In this document: positions 39,777-51,455 of the stretch, piece by piece | How the letters are laid out: every line of letters starts with the position of its first letter | Position numbering within the stretch: the first letter of the stretch is position 1 | Assembly: GCF_002113885.1 (NCBI RefSeq) | Contig: NW_018406103.1 | Coordinates: 809,671 to 873,670, forward strand | Length of the DNA: 64,000 nt | Direction: 5' to 3' | Origin: Mizuhopecten yessoensis | Taxonomy: Eukaryota | The notes under the pieces: model-generated | What the model saw: only the letters and a program-made list of their open reading frames with translations | Told to the model about the DNA's origin: nothing | Databases searched by the model: none | Program-made: the position numbers and the translations under genes

Positions 39777-39955
39777 CATTTGTATCTATTATAAAGGATA
39801 CACTCAGACTTGACTATTGAGAATCTTACCTGGTTATGATTAGTACTCACTCTAACAGGTACATGTAAATTATCTGCAGTGTAGGGTAGGTAAAAAGATT
39901 GTCCAGATGAATATTTTTTACCTCAAGTTTCTGTTTTGTTCGAGTCGGGAATCCA

Positions 39956-40049
39956 GTTATTGCATGATTTCTCGTCACTCTGGACTTATTATACCCTCGC
40001 TTCGCTCAGGTGTAACACATTCCTTGTTACTCGAAAACCATGCAATAAC
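39956..40049. mobile_element. Short palindromic non-autonomous element (mirror copy ~44177-44271)
   Basis: GTTATTGCATG ... CATGCAATAAC ends with a central CCCTCGCTTCGCTC. Confidence 0.6.
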
Positions 40050-40997
40050 CTTTACATATGTTGTGGCCATTTATATATAAGTGTTGTTTGTACATAGACT
40101 GCCCAGTTGTCTGGTGATAATTTGATTTCAGTTCATTTAAACTTACATAACAGCGTTGGGTTATAAATAATTTGTAAATTTAAGTAAACATGTTGTGATA
40201 AGGTCCGTAAAAGTGGTTGATATTTTCGATAATTTCCCTGGTGTTTAGAATTCGCGGATATTAGTCAAAGCGCGAATATAGCGAAATTAAAACCCCCGCG
40301 AAATATAACCGCTATACAGTATACAATCATAGAACATTGTTCAGGAATCCGGTCGCTTGTTAAATACCTCAAGGCCAGTTATTGAATTGTGCACTCATTC
40401 GAAAACGTTCACAATGTAATAAACTTACAGATCTTAACGAAGCGATGCCGATTCATGTTCTCTTGTGAATACGACGGGTACATTTAAACGAAAATAGAAA
40501 GATAAACGGCCGTTATTGTACTTGTTTTGATTTCAGATGAGGACATAATGATCCTTTGATTTCTTATGGAGGCGTTATTAACTAGTGGGGTGTTTATATC
40601 TTATAGGTATAACTACTGGAAGTGTCCCGTGGGCTGGACATACTGTTTAATTGGTCATATTCGCGGGATATTTAATTTCGATATATTCGCGGTCACCAAA
40701 GATGGCATGAAATTACATACTCGGCGAATATTAATACTCTGATTTACAAACTCTATGAACATATATTTAAAGACGCAAAAGAAGTAGAATTTTATCTTCT
40801 ATCCGGTCGTGAGAACAACCATTTCGCTGTGTTTTATCTGCAAAGAATTGTTGTGTGAATAAGTTTACGATTGAGTTAATATTATTTATAATTCAGACCA
40901 GTGTAGACATTTTTCTCTTTTCTTTTTAACTTTTGACGAGACATTCACAAGAGAACTTGAATCGGCATCGCTTCGTTAAGATCTGTTAGATTATTAC

Positions 40998-43812
40998 AAT
41001 CAATTCAATCAATCAATAAAATATTTTATTACAGTGTCACATGTTAATATACATAAATCAAATAAGTCAATATATTACAAATACAGGTAAAACTATATTA
41101 ACATCCAGCCATTACTGGCTTATGAGACACTTAAAAAACGATAATACACACTTTGAAATTAGTCGTGCAGTATAAAATAGCTACTAACGTTGCAATATAT
41201 AATGATATAATGTACAAGTAAAATATTGTAACCAAAATAACAATATACGTACATTTAAGTGTTAAGATAGATTATAACCTATTTAATAAATAATAATAAC
41301 CACTAAAATATGTAGAAATTTCATAAAAATACTCCCCGCCTGCGGAACATTAAAAATACAGTCTTGCCTAAGAAATATTGAATATCTACATTGTCCATCA
41401 ACAAATTAAACTTTTCATCATTATCACAGATATTAAAAGTATCACATAATTGTCTCATACGGTAAAACAGAATAAAACGCAAGTCACTATAAATAGGACA
41501 TTCACATAAAAAATGAACTTCTGTTTCCACGGTGTGTGGACAAAATGGACAAAAACGTTCATTAAGGGGGGTCGGGGGACTGTTAAAACGACCAGTCTCG
41601 ATCATAAGGGCAGCACTGCCACATCGCAATTTGGTCAGAACGCTCCGGTAAGGCCTAGGCATGTATTGTCGAACATAATGCTCCGGTTTTGAATCTTTTT
41701 TGAATTTCCGGTAAGTCCGTAACTTATTACCGTTTACCAATCCGCGGTCGTTCCAGAGATTACCAAACCATTCACTTTCGTCTATTAGTTTTACCTTTGT
41801 CCTTATTACTTTCATGGCCGACGGAGTAAGTTTGGTACCGGATTCTAAAATGTCAACAATGTTGTATTTATTCCCAAGTTTAAGTACACGGGATTCCCAC
41901 GAGTAACGTCTTCGTTTAGACCACACATGTATTTTGTTTAAAAGCCGATTAGGGTCCGCAGAGCCGACACGACAGTATAATTTAAAAACTTCAGTCCTCT
42001 GTTTACTGAGGAGAGATAACCATCCCATATCGCCTTTCACTCCAATGTTGGATGTGTTTTTTGTAGCACCAAGAAAAACTTTCATCGCGCGATTTTGAAC
42101 CTTGTTTATCTGTTTTTGCTCACACTGGCCCCATATCGCTGAGCAGTAAAGAAGGATAGGTTGGACCAGGCTTTCATATAGTTTAGTGAAAACAGAATAT
42201 GTCATTCCTCCCGCGTAATAGAACTTTGAAGTGAGTAATCCAAGCGCACGACTAGCAGACTTCGCTAATTCCGTCACGGCTATATCCATTTTTGCATGAT
42301 CGTCAAACCAGAGACCCAAATACTTATAGCGATCCATCCGTTCTAAAGAGTGTCCGTCACAGCGAAATGGAAATTGAGTTGGCGGTACATTAGAAGGTCT
42401 GAAATGGACTATCTTTGATTTCCCAGCGTTAACTGACAGTCGCCATCTAGTGCACCAAGATGACACTATATTTAAAAGCGACTGGAGATGTTCCTCTGAT
42501 GACGTCATCAGCACTATATCGTCAGCGTAAAAAAGACCGCTAAGACTAACACCGTCAATATCAAGCCCAAGGCCAGACGCATTTAATTCCTCAATCAGGT
42601 CGTTAATATAAATCGCGAATAATGTCGGCGAAGCCAAACAGCCCTGTTTTACACCACGTGACACCGATAGCCAATCAGTATGCAAGCTATTGACGCGTAC
42701 ACAGGAAGTGACGTTGTCGTAGAGTGCGAAGACTGCGTTGTATATTGAACCTTTAATTCCAGTCTGTAGAAGTTTATACCACAAGCACTCTCGATCAACA
42801 GTGTCAAACGCTTTACGTAGGTCAATAAAACATGAGTGCGTAGATTGTTTCGTGTTAATCCTGTTCTTTACAACATTATATAGAGAGTATACATGCTCCT
42901 GGCAACTCCTATCTTTCCGAAAACCATTTTGAGCGTCGTGAAGGATGTTATGCTGTTCAAGCCAATTGCTTAGTCGACGATTGAGAATATCACAATACAC
43001 CTTACAAGGTACGGATAGTAAAGTTATGCCACGGTATGTTAACGGATTTCCATGTTCCGTAGAATTCGGTTTCACAATCGGATTAATGATTCCTTGTTTC
43101 CACTGATCCGGAACAACTCCGTGGTTAAAACAATGTGTAATTAAAGTGTGTATAATATCAATACAAGCATTGTTTTTTAAAACTTCCGCCGGGATACTAT
43201 CTATTCCTGTCGCTTTGTTTGATTTTTTTCTCCATATGGCGTCCGCGATCTCATGACGTTGTATAGGTAGGTTTAGTTCAGAGATGTCAAAGTTATGTTT
43301 AATGGGCACGGTATTGTTGGTAACATGTTCTTGTATCGAACGGAGATGGGCGTCATCAAATGATTTCTCAGATCCGTCTGTTGCATAAAGGCTTTCGTAG
43401 TCTGATCGCCAACGTTCTAGTACAAGTCGTGTGTCGCTAATTATGTTACCCTCACTATCTTTGACTTCCAACGGTATCGTTGATGTTCGCTCGTTAACAA
43501 TCCCAATTTTACCGATATCCCGCCAGAAATCCCTGGAGTTCGGTTGTTCAAGTTTACTTTGTAAATCCCTTAGTTGTTTCGCTTGATATTGTCTTTTGAT
43601 TTTTCTATGTAGCTTATCAAAGATATTGCGTTCTGTACAGAAAGCACGCTTAAGCTGGGCTTTTGTAGATTTGTGTATGTCCAAGCACTTAAGCCAATCG
43701 CGTTCCTTTTCGCGCACAGAATTCCACTTGTCTTGTAGTGATTGATCCCAGTACGGTTTATACAGTGATTTCTGGTTGGGTCGCTCTTTAGATTTGTTAT
43801 ATATACGCATTC
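40998..43812 (-). mobile_element. 5'-truncated RTEX-like LINE with an intact 3' UTR and (ATTG)n tail
   Basis: Interrupts the arm at TTATTACA|TTGTGAACG; minus strand ends AATAAA...ATTGATTGATTGAATTGATTG; 3' UTR hairpin CCAG-TAATGG-CTGG. Clade assignment is inferred. Confidence 0.92.
41321..43810 (-). CDS. LINE reverse transcriptase (ORF2 lacking the endonuclease) with a C-terminal Cys/His motif
   Basis: YRGITLLS, QNGFR, FIDLRKAFD, GVKQG, FYADD, YKYLG, IETGRF...CPFC...EVHFLCEC; ~830 codons without a stop. Confidence 0.95.
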   Translation of the reverse strand: MRIYNKSKERPNQKSLYKPYWDQSLQDKWNSVREKERDWLKCLDIHKSTKAQLKRAFCTERNIFDKLHRKIKRQYQAKQLRDLQSKLEQPNSRDFWRDIGKIGIVNERTSTIPLEVKDSEGNIISDTRLVLERWRSDYESLYATDGSEKSFDDAHLRSIQEHVTNNTVPIKHNFDISELNLPIQRHEIADAIWRKKSNKATGIDSIPAEVLKNNACIDIIHTLITHCFNHGVVPDQWKQGIINPIVKPNSTEHGNPLTYRGITLLSVPCKVYCDILNRRLSNWLEQHNILHDAQNGFRKDRSCQEHVYSLYNVVKNRINTKQSTHSCFIDLRKAFDTVDRECLWYKLLQTGIKGSIYNAVFALYDNVTSCVRVNSLHTDWLSVSRGVKQGCLASPTLFAIYINDLIEELNASGLGLDIDGVSLSGLFYADDIVLMTSSEEHLQSLLNIVSSWCTRWRLSVNAGKSKIVHFRPSNVPPTQFPFRCDGHSLERMDRYKYLGLWFDDHAKMDIAVTELAKSASRALGLLTSKFYYAGGMTYSVFTKLYESLVQPILLYCSAIWGQCEQKQINKVQNRAMKVFLGATKNTSNIGVKGDMGWLSLLSKQRTEVFKLYCRVGSADPNRLLNKIHVWSKRRRYSWESRVLKLGNKYNIVDILESGTKLTPSAMKVIRTKVKLIDESEWFGNLWNDRGLVNGNKLRTYRKFKKDSKPEHYVRQYMPRPYRSVLTKLRCGSAALMIETGRFNSPPTPLNERFCPFCPHTVETEVHFLCECPIYSDLRFILFYRMRQLCDTFNICDNDEKFNLLMDNVDIQYFLGKTVFLMFRRRGVFL

Positions 43813-46800
43813 CATTGTGAACGTGTTCGAATGAGTGCACAATTCAATACCTGGGCTTGAGGTATTTAACAAGCGACCGGATTCCTGAACAACGTTCTTT
43901 GATTGTATACTGTATAGCGGTTATATTTCGCAGTGGGGTTTAATTTCGCTATATTCGAGTTTTGACTAATATCTGCGAATTCTAAACACCAGGGAAATTA
44001 TCGAAAATGTTAACCACTTTTACGGACCTTATCACAACATGTTTACTTAAATTTACAAATTACATGTACTTATGACCCAACGCTGTTCAAATGAACTGAA
44101 ATCAGATTACCACTGGACAACTGGGCAGTACATGTACAAACAACACTTACATATAAATGGCCACAACATATGTAAATGTTATTGCATGGTTTTCGAGTAA
44201 CAAGGGATTTATTACACTCGAGCGAAGCGAGGGTGAAATATGTCCAGAGTGACGAGAAATCATGCAATAACTGGCTTACTGCATGCTTTTAAAGTCGAAC
44301 AAAACAGAAAACTTGAGTAAAAAACATTCACCTGGACAATCTTTTTACCTACCCTACACTGCAGATAATGTACATGTACTTGCGTGAGTGAGTACTAATC
44401 AGAACCAGGAAAGTTTGTCTTTATTCTCAATAGTCAAGTCTGAGTGTATCCTTCATAATCGATACAAGTGTTTTTTGATTACTATCCAGGTCCAGTGTCA
44501 GGGAAGGTAAGGAGTGTCTGTTCAACAATTAGAACAAAATACAGGAAACAATGTTGAATTTCTGACTACACTTTCAGTTTAGTTTTCAATATGTGGCAAA
44601 GGTACAGGATATTGAAACCATTTTCACACATACAATTTAAGGGTTTATCAATCCCTAAGGAATTCCATTTCTTTCAATGAATGGTATATTTGAATGTGCA
44701 ATTTTGTATAAAGAAACAGCTCCTAAACTTTTCCATGAAATTCTTATGCTTATCTCTCACGTGAACTACAGACATATATCATAATTACTTGTGAATTGTC
44801 CGCTCCGTTAAAATGTCTACACATTTAACAAGAAAATGCAGCAAAGCTGCTGGACACCAAACTTTTTTTTCATCAAACACGAGGGAACAGATCCTGCATA
44901 CTTGAATCTATTTATTTATAATTATATAAATTGTTAATGGCATTATTTTGTCGTTCAGAATATTCCGTTCACGCTGAATATCCTTACTTTTTGCACTTTT
45001 GTCACTTAATAATTGTCCCACAGCACGTAAATGTACAGTTTCAACTGCACGTTTAGGCCTAATGTTAAATGTCAACGATTTGGTAATAACGCCATCTTCT
45101 GAGAGAGAGAAGCCCGACATGAAGATGATTTACATAAAAATATCTTTTATACCTTTTGTCAAAATTGCAGCGATTTTTGCAAATATTTCTTTTGACAATG
45201 TACCTATTTGACCATTTTGGATAAAATATCAACCGTCTTCTAGGTTAAAGCGTCAATCGTAGCCCGCGCCCCTTTGAATAATAGTTGTTTATTCTCGAGA
45301 AGAAGACACATTTTTGCCACAACGTTGGTTTTTTGGCTGTTATCACATTCGTTTTATACAAATGAAATAAATATATCGTATTGTACTGGAAAACCATGAA
45401 ATTTTCTATTTCTTACATTTTTTTCACGTCACGCAAATATTGCTTCATCAGAAAAGCGCGGGAATGTGTAACGTAGTTGTTGACGCCAAGTTATAATCAC
45501 GTCACGCTTGACAACAATACAGAGCGCCATTTTGAATGGGTTTTCATTGCAATTTTGCCGTTTGCTAGTATCATCTATTATCTGCTAAGATTTCCAGACA
45601 AAAATGTTATTAATTGTGTAGATATGTAAAAACAATAATGTATGCTGCAAAGGTTGACAACGCAACTACTTATTCTGCTGTCACTTCATCTAAACTGAAA
45701 ACTGAAAAATCTACGCAGAGAATATAATGTACAATGTACCGTTCAGATTGGACAATACTAAGAGTGACGTTTTTACTTGAGAATATATAATATTTCGTTT
45801 ATCTTCACTGTATTAAACATATGTGTTTATCAGATGGAGAATTCATGATATTTCAAGAGCCTCGACAAAGCCTTTCAAGGCCTGCCTATTCCCGAAAATG
45901 TTACATTTAAAAGCAGACAAACCGGTTGTTCGGCATAAACGAACTATCCCTAGACTTCCATTCAATCGGAAACCGTCGGCATTATCGTTTACGGAAAGTG
46001 CCGACGGTTCCCGAATGGACTCCTTGTAAGTACTCCACATCGACGATATAATACTGTGCCGAGGATATAACTGAACTTTTCATTCATTCGCTGTATGATA
46101 AACATTGAGAATGTATATAATTTAATTTTTGTTTTATAATTTAAGATATATAAGATATTTGGATTTGAAAGATATCACATAGCCCTCATTTCTTAAAGCT
46201 GTTTGAAAACATTTCGTCACATTGCCTGCGCCTCAGATAGCCATGATAAGGCATTTTGCAAAGCAAAGGAACGAAGGCGAAGAATATGCAAGAAATTGAG
46301 TGTGTTTCGTGTGTTTACCTAAAAGACAATAACAAACATTTTCCTCGAAACTTCAGAAATAATTACCACTATGTCAACATAGCCACGTGCTGGCTACGAC
46401 CAGTCATGCTTCTTGGACGTTTGTCCGGTCAGGGGCTATAGCGAGCTATCACTGATGGCAGTGTTGTATGGAAAGACGACAAAACCATTACATGGGATTC
46501 TATAAATAGAAAACTTAATGCAGTGAGATCAGAAATAGATTCTACAAAAAGATGAAAGTAAGAAGGTTAGTCGTTATTCTGAATAAGCAATAACGAATAG
46601 CTCTCCATCTTAACCTTGCTTGTTGACATGCATTTTACAAAATTATAGCTGTCCATTATAGTTGGAATGTTTGAAATAGAAGACAAGAACACTGTAATTT
46701 CTACTATTTACCAAAGTTGCCTTCCGGACGACACTGCATCAGAATGAGTTTACAATCAATGGAACGAAAAGCCTATTACTAACTTGACACGGGAAGCTAC

Positions 46801-47070
46801 TCACAGTCAGGAAAAAACCTTTTGGTTGCTTCTCCTTTATAAAAGGGCGAATACTCCAAGTAAAAATACTCTTCTTCTGTAAAATGATTGATAAATTGGT
46901 GTTCCATTTAAATTATGGTGTTTAGTAAATACATAATTATCAGCCCAATTGAATTGTCAATGAATCCACCGTAGTCTTTATTTTATGTTATTGAGAGGTG
47001 CATGTAACAAACCTATACATCGACACATTCTAACACAGTCAAATGAGTAGAAGAGATTAAAACTGTAATC

Positions 47071-47702
47071 AAGTTCAATAAAGGAACATTTCGTTATCAC
47101 TGAAGAAAAGACAGAAGATATAAAACTGCATACATGTTCAATAAAGGAATGAATGTTTGGTTGTCACTGAAGTAAAGAAAGAAGATATAAAACTGCATGC
47201 AAGTTCAATAAAGGAACATTTCGTTATCACTGAAGTAAAGACAGAAGATATAAAACTGCATACAAGTTCAATAAAGGAACATTTCGTTATCACTGAAGAA
47301 AAGACAGAAGATAAAAAAAACTGCATACAAGTTCAATAAAGGAATGTTTGGTTATCACTGACGTAAAGACAGAAGATATAAAACTGCATACAAGTTCAAT
47401 AAAGGAACATTTCGTTATCCCTGACGTAAAGACAGAAGATATAAAACTGCATACAAGTTCAATAAAGGAACATTTCGTTATCCCTGACGTAAAGACAGAA
47501 GATATAAAACTGCATAACAAGTTCAATAAATGAACATTTTGTTATCACTGAAGTAAAGACAGAAGATATAAAAATGCATACAAGTTCAATAAAGGAATGT
47601 TTGGTTATCACTGACGTAAAGACAGAAGATATAAACATGCATACAAGTTCAATAAAGGAACATTTCGTTATCACTGACGTAAAGATAAAAGATAAAACTG
47701 CC
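47071..47702. repeat. 63-bp minisatellite, ~10 copies
   Basis: AAGTTCAATAAAGGAACATTTCGTTATCACTGAAGTAAAGACAGAAGATATAAAACTGCATAC at 47201, 47264 and onward. Confidence 0.96.
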
Positions 47703-49204
47703 ATGGATGTTAGATTAACGCCGTTCAAGACGCCATGAATACACATTCAAACTGAATCTGACAAATTTCTCTGCCATTAGAGGAAGTGTAGATAAAGGAC
47801 GTTTATACAATTTGTATAATAGTGTCAATGGCGGTAATGCGTACAAATGTACATGACATAAACTCACGGGTTAGTCACACGATGATAAAAGGTTTCACAC
47901 AATTTTTAAAAAAAACCACTAATTGTCATTATATTACATAATGACGTAAAAGAAGTCAAGCAGCCCTTATTATCAAGGTCACCTATGAATGAACACTAAC
48001 TTTAGGCAATGATTGGTGAACTAAACTGCAAAAATGAATACAATTTTTAAACAATTCTTGATTTTTTTTTATTGACTTATTTTGCGAAATCTAGATGAAA
48101 ACTTGTTTACTCATTTCCGCACACCTGTGCAAAATATTGCAATATCTAAACGGTTATATCTGTGAAAACATCATTTATTTTAATTATCAGACCAATCGGG
48201 AAGACATCATCCTCTACGCTTCACTCCCCAGCTCTTCTGTGGTTAGATTCAAACAAAGCAAAATGACTTTATCACAGCCAAAGGAAGCGGTTTTTATGAT
48301 CGCTACATGTAAATACATATATTCTATTTACCCGATTGTGCTGTGCATTACAATGAAATGAACATATTTTCCACTTGTTTATTATTCGCCTGAGAACGGG
48401 ACATGCATTTTAATGATGTAACCAGGAAGGTGTTGAAGGCGTCCTTGTGAATTATGTATACGCATGTATTATTTTAGACAGAATGAACAAACACCCCAAC
48501 ACCTCCGGACGATGAATGGCTTCAAATCTGAACTGCATTCAAACTGTTTACATGTATGCTTTGCTCGGTAACTTAATCCACCGCACAGGTGGCAAAACAT
48601 AATAAAATATGCATTTGAAATAGAACGCATGCTTCCTCATCTTTGTCACCGGATTCAAAAACCTTGAAAAGCCGAATATTTGTAAACTGAATGGTGTTAC
48701 ATTTCTTGAACAGTTTGTTACATTATTTAGCAACCCACTTGACGCTTCCCAAATATATCTGTATAATATATCAGTACTTATTTCAGTTTTAATTTCACAT
48801 AAATGTGTAGGATGAATCATAACTTTTTTAGGACTACCCCGTAAAACGATATTCTATTACCAGTGACACTAGAAGTGGAACGAACATGCTCTTCCTTATT
48901 TGGGTTTTATTTGAGACCTCAATGTCATCCAAGTTTCATCACCACACCACGTGTTGTGTGTCCTTGCAAACGATTACGGGTGAATACGGGTATGTTAAGG
49001 TTTGGCCTACTTCTATTTGATTGGATGCAACGAAACAACCGATGCACCCATCAGAAAGGGCGTACCGTTTCTTACTTCCGGAAGGTGTTATTATCCACGT
49101 GAAAAACAGCAACCCTATTTCTCTGGACATAACTGCTGCTATTGATAAAATCTTATCAATGATGTTGAAGGACAAACAATGAGTTTGCAAAGGTAAAAAT
49201 TCCG

Positions 49205-49790
49205 TTTGTTACTGTGGTCAGTATAGTGCTTCCACTGTGGTTACTATGAGGTAAAATTGCGGTTAGTATAGCGGTTAAACTGTGGTTACTATGAGGTAAT
49301 TTTTTGCGGTTAGTTTGGCGGTTACACTGCGGTTAAACTGGTAGATTCATTGCGGTCAATTTGGTGTTTGACTGCAATAATTATGTTGGTCGAACTGTTG
49401 ATAGTCTGATATTTAAATGGAGTTAGTATAATGGTTTAACTGTGGTTAGTCTCGGGTACTATATGCATATAGTATGGTTGGTAAACTATAATAGACCTGG
49501 GGTTAAACTGCGGTACAGTAGTTTAACTGTGGTTTGTCTAAGATTTAAGTGCGTTAGTAAGGATTTCATAATTTGGTGGTTTACAGTGTAACGACGGTTG
49601 GTGTGATGGTTTTTATTGCTGGTATTATGGTATGGTGATTTAAGGACAGACAGTATGGTGACTTAGCTTCAGTATGTATGGAGGTTAGTATTTGTTGTTT
49701 AACTGTGGTTTGTACGGTGGTATAGTTGAGGTGAAAAGACGCTTATCCTGGTAGTAAAATGCGATTTGTGAGGTGGTTTAGAGTTTACAC
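49205..49790. repeat. Degenerate ~22-bp GT-rich tandem repeat
   Basis: Recurrent ACTG(T/C)GGTTAGTAT(A/G)G.GGTT.A. Confidence 0.65.
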
Positions 49791-49989
49791 CAGTGAAAAC
49801 TCGCGTAATTGATTCTTGTTTATAACAAGAATCTTATGTGATAAAGGTATCCGATAGAAGAAGGTAAACCGGCACCAGAGCCTTTTTTAAGGACCCCCGT
49901 CCCACCGCCCTATGTTTACTTAGTTAGAGTAACCTCCCCTAAGCTTCCGCTTGGATATAACTGTAGAAAAGTTTCGGCAGAACACTTCC

Positions 49990-50055
49990 GATGAAACGGT
50001 AGAGCGATAGTATACCAATCTGAATTCTTGGGTTCGAATTCCGCTCTAGCCCCAC
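49990..50055 (+). mobile_element. tRNA-derived remnant (SINE head or tRNA pseudogene)
   Basis: GGTAGAGCG and GGGTTCGAATTCC at tRNA-like spacing; no proper cloverleaf. Confidence 0.4.
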
Positions 50056-50771
50056 TGATTTTGTACACTTTTATTGATTAGATTTTTTAATTTTTATCTA
50101 TATCAATTCTCATAAACGTCCCGCAAGGTATTGTAATCTTTTCAAAATTTATTTATCAAAACTATAGTAATGCCGAAAAAAAACATTTTCCAACACTTCG
50201 TCACAGTTTTTGGCATTGACACGGAGATAATTAATGTACAAAATGATAAGAAGGCTGGATCTTTAGTCATTATCCCACGACTTAAATGTGCCAAAGGGGT
50301 ATCCAACATAATAAGACAATTTAAGGAAGAAGTTCTTCAACAACTGTCGTGGCTTCCTATTTTTAAGGTTTGATGAAGATTTGGTTGACAGCAGGGTGGA
50401 AAAAATAGTGTTTCTAACATTTATAATCTTAACAATTAAATATGTATTCTTACATGTATATGTAACAATGTGACTCATAGGTATATCGTCTGAATCTCTC
50501 GGTTCGCTAATTTCTTACATTTCCATATAAATTTGAGTTGGTAAGTCCCTCTGGCATTTTGTCTTAATTATGCAATCGTTTGCCGGGGTATACAAAACGT
50601 ACTGTGAATGGCTAGTAAGTTTTAGCAGTGAACTATCTAAAGTGATCTACCATCAGATGTGAATGGTGTTTTGTTCCCATTGTTAATGAATAAAATCACT
50701 CAAAGTCAAATACGAGGGAAACATATCGTTCTAATTTGATAGTATTGTCCAATGGTGTTTGACAAAATAAC

Positions 50772-50862
50772 TGAACCCTTTCACCACTGTAGATCATAAT
50801 GGACGCATCCAGACCAATGCATGGTAGAGTCTACTCAAGTTACCTAGGGGTGAAAGGGTTAA
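50772..50862. mobile_element. 91-bp piggyBac-like MITE
   Basis: AACCCTTTCACC ... GGTGAAAGGGTTAA; same family as 33695-33785. Confidence 0.8.
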
Positions 50863-51455
50863 TAACTTATATCTCAAAAATAGGCTGTGTAACCAGGATT
50901 GGTTAACACACATGAACGACATTTATGTTATCAGCCCATAACGTAAAAAATGACGTCGCCGTTTGTATCGTAGCTTTTGATTGGCTGATACAGCGGCGTA
51001 ATAATTTCCAAGAGAAAAAGAGTCCATGAATAAAAATTGATTTCCACAGGGATTGTGTATAGTAGATTAGATTATAAGCTTTAAAATTTAGGAATTGATT
51101 GAGGATCATTTTAGTGGCACATGCGGATCCGATGATAATATGTTTTTGGCTCCAAAACCTACCTACTATACTACTCCTATATGTTAAAAGGTGAATGTAT
51201 GTGTGAAGTATCACGTTGACTGGTAAAACTCCATTCGCTCTGGCCGAACAAACATTCACACCTCAATTATGTCTTATAATTAATTAGTCTTTTATCCTTC
51301 TGTCTATATTGCAAATACGAACGAGACAGCTAATATTGCGCGAGTTAAAACAGGTTCCGGTATATTGTCACTTCGAGCATGTGGACTTGTCCGAACACGT
51401 CAATGTAATACGTCATCAGATTTGACCGTACTGTCTAAAAGGAACTATAATTAAT

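Larger units (their letters stand above)
36812..40470 (+). repeat. Left arm of a large inverted duplication
   Basis: 36812-37850 = rc 45855-46887; 38085-38150 = rc 44761-44828; 39779-40416 = rc 43813-44468; 40416-40470 = rc 40943-40998. Mirrored ORFs in the track (37264-37449 minus, 46256-46441 plus) agree. Confidence 0.93.
40943..46887 (-). repeat. Right arm of the large inverted duplication (contains the RT LINE and a ~1 kb unmatched block at 44830-45850)
   Basis: See the left-arm entry. Confidence 0.93.

Noticed and set aside
38084-43840. A two-gene endonuclease + reverse transcriptase system, or one LINE split in two
   Set aside because: Both ORFs contain the same linker region (KPYW...FW...KA.G.D.I) with very different sequence, and their order is wrong for one element. 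They are two separate insertions, and the first is cut by an N.
45855-46030. RecQ/Academ helicase-like motif (LDKAFQGL...ETVGIIVYGK)
   Set aside because: The frame has stops, the Walker A motif is incomplete, and the apparent motif lies within a DNA hairpin; not supportable without a profile search.
47138-47746. Repeat-protein ORFs in the 63-bp array
   Set aside because: The unit is a multiple of 3, but the array has several frameshifting indels and no start or splice context.
49990-50055. Functional tRNA gene
   Set aside because: Only A/B-box remnants; acceptor and anticodon stems do not form.
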